From Luteimonas abyssi (GTDB lineage Bacteria > Pseudomonadota > Gammaproteobacteria > Xanthomonadales > Xanthomonadaceae): DNA of 32,000 nt. The position numbers were made by a program, and so were the translations under genes. Below the pieces are notes generated by a model. That model did no database searches. It was not told the origin of the DNA and saw only the letters and a program-made list of their open reading frames with translations. How positions within the stretch are numbered: position 1 is the stretch's first letter; each line of letters begins with the position of its first letter. Below, in pieces: positions 26,525 through 32,000 of the stretch. The stretch spans positions 289,023-321,022 of the forward strand of contig NZ_KQ759763.1 in NCBI RefSeq assembly GCF_001482195.1, in the 5' to 3' direction.

Positions 26525-28380
26525 TGGCCAAGACGCTCGAAGTCACCGTCCCCGATATCGGCGGGTTTTCCGATGTGCCGGTGATCGAGGTGCTGGTCGC
26601 GGTCGGCGACAGCGTCGACAAGGACCAGGGCCTGGTCACGCTGGAGTCCGACAAGGCGACGATGGAAGTGCCGGCGCCCGCCGCAGGCAAGGTCGTCGCG
26701 CTCAAGATCAAGGTAGACGACAAGGTGTCCGAGGGCGCCGTGGTCGCGGTGATCGAAGCCGAAGGCGAGGGCGAGGGCGACAATGCGGCACCTGCCGCCG
26801 AGGCGAAGCGGCAGGACGACAAGGGTGGCGACAAGGGCGCCGCCACGGCCTCCGGCGCAGCCGCGCCGAAAGACGCCGGTCCGGCGAAGCCGCCGGTGGC
26901 CGCTTCGCATCGCGCCCCGGCCGAGCCCGAAGCCGTCAAGGCCGCGCCGTCGTCGGGCCGCAAGGCCGACGTGGAATGCCGCATCGTCGTGCTCGGCTCC
27001 GGCCCCGGCGGCTACACCGCGGCTTTCCGCGCCGCCGACCTCGGCCTGGACACGGTGCTGATCGAACGCTACGACAGCCTGGGCGGCGTCTGTCTCAACG
27101 TGGGCTGCATTCCGTCCAAGGCGCTGTTGCACGCCGCCGACGTGATCGACCAGGCGCAGCACGCCAGCGACTACGGCGTGGATTTCGGCAAGCCGAAGAT
27201 CGCGCTCGACAAGCTGCGCACCTACAAGGAAAAGGTGGTCGGCCAGCTCACCAAGGGTCTGGCCGGCATGGCCAAGCAGCGCAAGGTCCGCGTGGTCGCC
27301 GGCACCGGCACCTTCGTGTCGCCGCACGAGATCGAGGTGGCCGGGGCCGACGGCAAGACGCAGCTGATCAAGTTCGAGCAGTGCATCATCGCCGCAGGCT
27401 CGCAGGCGCTGAAGCTGCCGGGCTTCCCGTGGGACGATCCGCGGGTGATGGATTCCACCGACGCGCTGGAACTGGCCAACGTGCCGAAGCAGCTGCTGGT
27501 GGTGGGCGGCGGCATCATCGGCCTGGAAATGGCCACGGTCTACCGCGCGCTGGGCGCGCAGGTCACCGTGGTGGAGCTGGCCGATCAGCTGATGCCGGGT
27601 GCCGACAAGGACCTGGTGAAGCCGCTTGCGGACCGCCTCAAGAAGCAGGGCGTGTCGGTGCACCTGAAGACCAAGGTGGTCGAGGCCAAGGCCGCGAAGA
27701 AGGGGATCGACGTCTCCTTCGAGGGCGACAGCGTGCCCGGCACTACGCAGTTCGACCGTGTGCTGGTGGCCGTGGGCCGCAGCCCGAACGGCAAGAAGAT
27801 CGGCGCGGACAAGGCCGGCGTGCGCGTGGGCGAGCGCGGCTTCATCGATGTCGACCGGCAGATGCGCACGAATGTCGACCACATCTTCGCCATCGGCGAC
27901 ATCGTCGGTCAGCCGATGCTGGCCCACAAGGCCACGCACGAAGGCAAGCTCGCGGCCGAGGTCGCCGCCGGCGAGAAGAAGGAATGGGTGGCGCGGGTCA
28001 TCCCGTCGGTCGCGTACACCGATCCCGAGATCGCCTGGGTCGGCATCACCGAGACCGAGGCCAAGGCCAAGGGTCTCAAGGTCGGCGTGGGCAAGTTCCC
28101 CTGGGCCGCCAGCGGTCGTGCGATCGGGCTGGGGCGTACCGAGGGCTCGACGAAGTTGATCTTCGACGAGGCGACCCATCGCATCGTCGGCGCGGGCATC
28201 GTCGGCGTGCACGCCGGCGACCTGATCGCCGAGGCGGCGCTGGCGATCGAGATGGGCGCGGAAGTGGCGGACATCGGCCACACCATCCATCCGCACCCGA
28301 CCCTCAGCGAATCGGTCGCGATGGCGGCGGAAGTGTTCGACGGCACGATCACCGATCTCTACCTGCCCAAGCGGAAGTAA
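26524..28380 (+). CDS. lpdA: Dihydrolipoyl dehydrogenase (E3) with N-terminal lipoyl domain (618 aa)
   Basis: In frame inside ORF 25300..28380. ATG 26524 overlaps the upstream TGA (TGATG). Lipoyl domain ([16 protein letters not shown]), FAD motif VLGSGPGGY, redox disulfide GGVCLNVGCIPSK, NAD motif VVGGGIIGLE, and the interface motif HPHPTLSE. Confidence 0.93.
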   Translation: MAKTLEVTVPDIGGFSDVPVIEVLVAVGDSVDKDQGLVTLESDKATMEVPAPAAGKVVALKIKVDDKVSEGAVVAVIEAEGEGEGDNAAPAAEAKRQDDKGGDKGAATASGAAAPKDAGPAKPPVAASHRAPAEPEAVKAAPSSGRKADVECRIVVLGSGPGGYTAAFRAADLGLDTVLIERYDSLGGVCLNVGCIPSKALLHAADVIDQAQHASDYGVDFGKPKIALDKLRTYKEKVVGQLTKGLAGMAKQRKVRVVAGTGTFVSPHEIEVAGADGKTQLIKFEQCIIAAGSQALKLPGFPWDDPRVMDSTDALELANVPKQLLVVGGGIIGLEMATVYRALGAQVTVVELADQLMPGADKDLVKPLADRLKKQGVSVHLKTKVVEAKAAKKGIDVSFEGDSVPGTTQFDRVLVAVGRSPNGKKIGADKAGVRVGERGFIDVDRQMRTNVDHIFAIGDIVGQPMLAHKATHEGKLAAEVAAGEKKEWVARVIPSVAYTDPEIAWVGITETEAKAKGLKVGVGKFPWAASGRAIGLGRTEGSTKLIFDEATHRIVGAGIVGVHAGDLIAEAALAIEMGAEVADIGHTIHPHPTLSESVAMAAEVFDGTITDLYLPKRK

Positions 28381-28501
28381 CCGCGCGGCTTCGCGTCGGC
28401 GTGTATGCGTTCGACGGCATGGCACACGTACGTATGCCGTGTCGTCGCGTCGTGTCCGAGGAGACGATTCCCCACGAATGATCGCCGGTGAGGTGAGCCT
28501 G

Positions 28502-28525
28502 CGCGACAGCCACGTGGCTGTCGCG
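28502..28525. repeat. Perfect 24-bp palindrome cgcgacagccac|gtggctgtcgcg
   Basis: Read directly; both 12-nt arms are fully complementary with a CACGTG centre. It lies 122 nt downstream of the lpdA stop in an ORF-poor spacer. Confidence 0.8.
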
Positions 28526-28613
28526 GCGTTCGTCAGCGGCTGCACCGCGGCGATGCTCGGGTGCCGACGACGGCAGGATGAGGGGACGGACGGCTGTCGG
28601 ACGGCAGACAGAA

Positions 28614-28636
28614 GCACGGCCCCCGAAGGGGCCGTG
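28614..28636 (-). terminator. Rho-independent-like terminator after the 23-aa micro-ORF (possibly bidirectional, also serving lpdA)
   Basis: gcacggcccc-gaa-ggggccgtgc. On the minus strand it is followed by TTCTGTCTG. It lies 25 nt downstream of the micro-ORF stop. Confidence 0.55.
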
Positions 28637-28660
28637 CGCGCGAGTCCGAGAACCGTGCCG

Positions 28661-28732
28661 TCAGAACAACAGCGCGATCAGGATCAGTACGGGAATCGGC
28701 AGGCCCAGCAGCCAGAGCAACAGATATTTCAT
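28661..28732 (-). CDS. Unlisted 23-aa hydrophobic micro-protein (MKYLLLWLLGLPIPVLILIALLF)
   Basis: Not in the ORF track. ATG at 28732 with GGAG 7 nt upstream. It begins 33 nt after the stop of the upstream membrane-protein gene, encodes a single TM-length hydrophobic peptide, and is followed by a hairpin terminator. Confidence 0.45.
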   Translation of the reverse strand: MKYLLLWLLGLPIPVLILIALLF

Positions 28733-28765
28733 GGAAGATCTCCGCGATGAGACAGGGGGTGGCGA

Positions 28766-29764
28766 TCAGAGATCGCGCCGACGTCCGCCGAAGGTGGCGA
28801 GCAGGCTGGCGGAAAACGCGCCGATCAGCAGGGTGATGAACAGCCAGAGCGATGCGTAGGCCGCGGCCTCGCGGGCCTCGTCCGCAGCCTCGCGCGCGGC
28901 GGTCTCCGCCTCGTCGATACTGGCGCGCATGTTGGCTTCCAGTTCGGCGACACGCGCTTCGGCTTCGGTCTGGGTCATGCCCGTCCGCTCGGCGATACGC
29001 TGCGCGACGTAGCGGGCATCCTCGGCGTCCAGGGAATCGCTGCGCAGCCCGTTGACCAGGATGCGACCGATCTCGGCTCCAAGGTTCGTGTCGGCCGCCT
29101 GCGACGTCCGGCTGGAAGCGCCCGCCTGCGACGGGCCGGGCGCGGTCTCTTCCGTCGTCGGATCGGTGGCCGGTGCCTGTTGCGATGCCGCCATCGCCGG
29201 CGGGCGGAGAAGCGAATCCACCCAGTACTGCATGTCGCCTTCCGAATCCTCGGAGGCGGCAGCGCCGGCACCCGCGGCTGCGACGCCGCCCGCGGCCGTC
29301 GCCGAAGCACCCGCGACCGAGCCGGCGACGCTGGCGCCAGTGCCCAGGATCGCGCCGATCGCCGAGGTCAGGACCGCAGCAGTCAACAGTGTCGCCACGG
29401 CCCAGGCCAGGAAGCCGTGTGCGGTATCGCGGAAGTAGGTTTCGTCACCGTGGACGGAGACCCAGCGCGTGCGCAGTCGTCCTGCGAGATAACCGCCGAG
29501 CCCGGAGGCGGCGATGGAGGTGAGGGTGATCCAGGCAATGGTCGACCAGCCGAACGTTTCCCGACTGACGCCCTCGTACGACCAGGGCGATACCGACGAC
29601 ATGCCCAGACCCGTGCCGAGAATCAGCAGAATCAGCGACAGCGCTGCGGCAGCGGCGGCGCCCGCCAGCACGGCACCCCAGGACACGGCGCTCTGTTCGG
29701 TGACGGCGGCGCGGGATGCGTCCACGGCCGGTGTTGCGGGTGGATGTGCGGGTGTCGGGTTCAT
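28766..29764 (-). CDS. Hypothetical membrane protein (332 aa) with Ala/Gly-rich TM helices, a charged helical region and a C-terminal TM anchor
   Basis: ORF 28766..29764. About four N-terminal TM helices, an acidic/low-complexity linker, a coiled-coil-like segment (EAEARVAELEANMRASIDEAETAAREAADEAREAA), then a terminal TM segment. No family recognised. Confidence 0.65.
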   Translation of the reverse strand: MNPTPAHPPATPAVDASRAAVTEQSAVSWGAVLAGAAAAAALSLILLILGTGLGMSSVSPWSYEGVSRETFGWSTIAWITLTSIAASGLGGYLAGRLRTRWVSVHGDETYFRDTAHGFLAWAVATLLTAAVLTSAIGAILGTGASVAGSVAGASATAAGGVAAAGAGAAASEDSEGDMQYWVDSLLRPPAMAASQQAPATDPTTEETAPGPSQAGASSRTSQAADTNLGAEIGRILVNGLRSDSLDAEDARYVAQRIAERTGMTQTEAEARVAELEANMRASIDEAETAAREAADEAREAAAYASLWLFITLLIGAFSASLLATFGGRRRDL

Positions 29765-30370
29765 GCCGATCCTCGTTGGCTGGAATGCAGTGCGGTCGAT
29801 GCTGCGCGCGCCGCCGTGAAACCGATGCGATCACATGCAGTTCGAGCACGCCGTCCGGGGCGCGGCGAGCGGCACACGCATGTTGCCGCGCGCACGGGGA
29901 CGCCGGGATGACCGCAGGATCGCCCGGGTGCGCATCGGCTCCGCGCTGCGTGCGCGAGCGCCGCACCGTGCTGGATGTCGGCGGTCGGTCGGTACGCTTT
30001 GTTGCGGTGCATGGTGACAAAGCGAGCCCGGCGAGATACATCTGCGCTCGAAATGGTAGCGGTATCAGGCCGCTGGATTTTCGGGAGATACGGGTGAGCT
30101 CGAATGCAGTGCGCCGGGCAGGGGGCCGCCGGGCGTGGTGCGGGGTGACGAAGAACTTCTCGCCAGGGCCGTTTGCAGTACACGGGAAACGGACGACGCC
30201 GTCTTGAAGCGTCGTTGTTGGGGGCGACCACGATTCGTGAGTCCAGAGCACACGCGACGCTACAGAGTTCGGTGTTGCCGCTTCGCGCCACCCGCGGAGA
30301 CGGGTCGTGACGTACGTGTCGGGAGCGGCGTGCTCGCGGCCGTTCCCATTCCGATGCTGAGGACGCTTCA

Positions 30371-32000
30371 ATGAGCATGAAGTTCAGGCGTTTCAAATCG
30401 ACGGCGATGTTCACCTTCGTGGGTGGCGCGCTGGTCATCAACCCGGCGTTCGCGCAGCAACCGCCGCCGCTATCGCCGGCCCCGAGCGCGGACACCCGTG
30501 CCGCGTCCCCGCCGCAGGACGCCACGACGCTGGATGCCGTCGTCGTCACCGGCATCCGCAACAGCCTCAGCCACGCGATGGACACCAAGCGCGAGGCGGC
30601 GGGCGTGGTCGATGCGATCAGTGCCGAGGACATCGGCAAGTTTCCCGACACCAATCTCGCGGAGTCGTTGCAGCGCATCACCGGCATCTCGATCGAGCGC
30701 CGGGACGGCGAAGGCGCGCAGGTCACGGCCCGCGGCTTCGGGCCGCAGTTCAACATGGTCACGCTCAACGGCCGGCAGCTGCCGGGCGCGGACGCCTTCG
30801 GCGCCGCCGGACAGGTGGCCATCGGCGGCGTGGACGGCGGCACGCGCGCCTTCAACTTCGCGCAGCTGGCTGCGGAATCCATCAGCGGGATCGAGGTCTA
30901 CAAGACCAGTCAGGCGCACGTCCCGAGTGGCGGTATCGGCGCCACCATCAACATCCTCACCGACAGGCCCTTCAACCACTCGGGCATCGTCGCCAGCGCC
31001 GGCGCCAAGGTGGTGTCGGATCGCAGCCAGCTCTTCGACGACGACCTGACGCCCGAGCTGTCCGGGATCTTCAGCTACACCAACCCCGACCGGACCTTCG
31101 GCGTGGGGCTGAGCAGCAGCTACCAGAGGCGCAAGGGCGGCTCGGTACAGGCCACCGAGAACTACTGGAACGTCCAGCCGTGGACGGGCACGATGCCGGG
31201 CGATCCCGAGGTGACCAATGCGCCCGGCATCGGCGATCTCTACGCACGCCCCAACGACCTGCGCTATGCGTTCTCCGAGTTCGACCGCGAGCGCATCAAC
31301 GGCCAGGCGGTGCTGCAGTTCGCGCCCACCGACAGCCTGACCCTGACGCTGGACTACACCTACTCCACCAACGAGATCACCGAGAACCGCGGCGAGCAGG
31401 GCATGTGGCTGCAGAACAGCGACTACACCCACGTCGAGTTCGACACGTCCGGCGCGGTGGCCACGCCCATCTACCTCCGCGAGATCGCCGGCACCAAGGA
31501 CTTCGGCCTCGAGCAGCAGCGCAGCATGCAGAAGTACCGGCTGGGCTCGCTGGGCTTCAACGCGGTCTGGGACGTCAGCAGCGATTTCCGCCTGAGCCTG
31601 GACGCCCACAGCTCCAAGACCGAGAGCTTGCCGAACGATCCGCTCACCGGCGGCGGCTCGATCTTCATGAGCGTGGCGGGGACCAACAACTGCACGGCCG
31701 GGCCCCACTGCGGCGGCTCGTGGGTGCAGGAGCTGTTCTTCAACAACGGCCTGCCGATCGGCACCCAGACCTGGTACCCCTCCACCGCGGATGCGATCGC
31801 CGGGACCAACGGGGTCGTCAATCCAGGTTTCACGACCGGGGAGATCGGTTCCCAGGTGCTGCGCGTCAACGCGCAGACCCAGATCAGCGAGATCGACCAG
31901 GCCCGGCTGGACGGCGAATGGTTCTTCGACCAGGGGCGCTTCCAGTTCGGCGTGGATAGCAGCACCTCGAAGACCCACCGCCTGCAGGCCGCGGAGGCGT
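30371..32000 (+). CDS. TonB-dependent outer-membrane receptor (5' partial; continues beyond the window)
   Basis: Absent from the track because it has no stop in the window. I translated it by hand from ATG 30371 and found no stop through 32000. Signal peptide MSMKFRRFKSTAMFTFVGGALVINPAFAQQ, TonB box TLDAVVVTGIR, and plug motifs AEDIGKFPDTNLAESLQRITGISIERRDGEGAQVTARGFGPQFNMVTLNGRQL. This pattern is typical of the Xanthomonadales TBDR family. Confidence 0.9.
   Translation, partial: MSMKFRRFKSTAMFTFVGGALVINPAFAQQPPPLSPAPSADTRAASPPQDATTLDAVVVTGIRNSLSHAMDTKREAAGVVDAISAEDIGKFPDTNLAESLQRITGISIERRDGEGAQVTARGFGPQFNMVTLNGRQLPGADAFGAAGQVAIGGVDGGTRAFNFAQLAAESISGIEVYKTSQAHVPSGGIGATINILTDRPFNHSGIVASAGAKVVSDRSQLFDDDLTPELSGIFSYTNPDRTFGVGLSSSYQRRKGGSVQATENYWNVQPWTGTMPGDPEVTNAPGIGDLYARPNDLRYAFSEFDRERINGQAVLQFAPTDSLTLTLDYTYSTNEITENRGEQGMWLQNSDYTHVEFDTSGAVATPIYLREIAGTKDFGLEQQRSMQKYRLGSLGFNAVWDVSSDFRLSLDAHSSKTESLPNDPLTGGGSIFMSVAGTNNCTAGPHCGGSWVQELFFNNGLPIGTQTWYPSTADAIAGTNGVVNPGFTTGEIGSQVLRVNAQTQISEIDQARLDGEWFFDQGRFQFGVDSSTSKTHRLQAAEA

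Noticed and set aside
29783-30113. Exact 12-mer gaatgcagtgcg occurring twice (29783-29794 and 30102-30113) in the TBDR upstream region.
   Set aside because: In a 32-kb GC-biased window, dozens of exact 12-mer pairs are expected by chance, and the surrounding bases are not similar.
29765-30370. Cobalamin riboswitch or Fur box upstream of the TonB-dependent receptor.
   Set aside because: The conserved B12-riboswitch core and B12 box are absent, and there is no AT-rich 19-bp Fur dyad. The receptor belongs to the Xanthomonadales-type TBDR group rather than looking like BtuB.
1-32000. CRISPR arrays, tRNA/rRNA genes, IS elements, integrases, or flanking direct repeats around the T6SS island.
   Set aside because: No spaced direct repeats, cloverleaf-like segments, transposase/integrase-like ORFs or terminal inverted repeats were seen. 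The only words shared between the island's flanks (4352-4750 versus 13938-14117) are chance-level 8-mers.

Overview
High-GC chromosomal segment that looks Xanthomonadales/Lysobacter-like (inferred from gene content, such as the TonB-dependent receptor type and OmpW, and from GC3-rich codon usage). Most of the window is housekeeping. It holds tesA with the divergent ybbA-ybbP ABC transporter (0.2-4.35 kb), an rsmC-like/rsuA/HAD operon (14.66-17.2 kb), an SDR, a czcD-arsR metal-efflux operon with an AT-rich operator, and DUF1415, DMT and OmpW genes. It also holds a pyruvate-dehydrogenase sub-operon, aceF / GNAT-nitrilase fusion / lpdA (23.1-28.4 kb), a membrane protein followed by a 23-aa micro-ORF, and the 5' part of a TonB-dependent receptor. 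The accessory part is a compact orphan type VI secretion effector island (about 4.35-14.1 kb) between ybbP and the rsmC-like gene. It reads vgrG, then an unrecognised 540-aa TPR-like protein translationally coupled to the next gene, then a 1563-aa PAAR-DUF6531-YD-repeat Rhs polymorphic toxin, then a lower-GC 178-aa putative immunity gene. The Rhs C-terminal 135 aa after the DPLGL cleavage motif looks like a diverged AHH/HNH-EndoVII nuclease. The Rhs core also carries an unusual ~159-aa Gly/Ala/Pro-rich insertion, and codon usage shifts just after it. I saw no tRNA, rRNA, CRISPR array, transposase or integrase. Long antisense ORFs in the track are treated as high-GC shadow ORFs. All family assignments come from motif recognition by eye; no database search was run.
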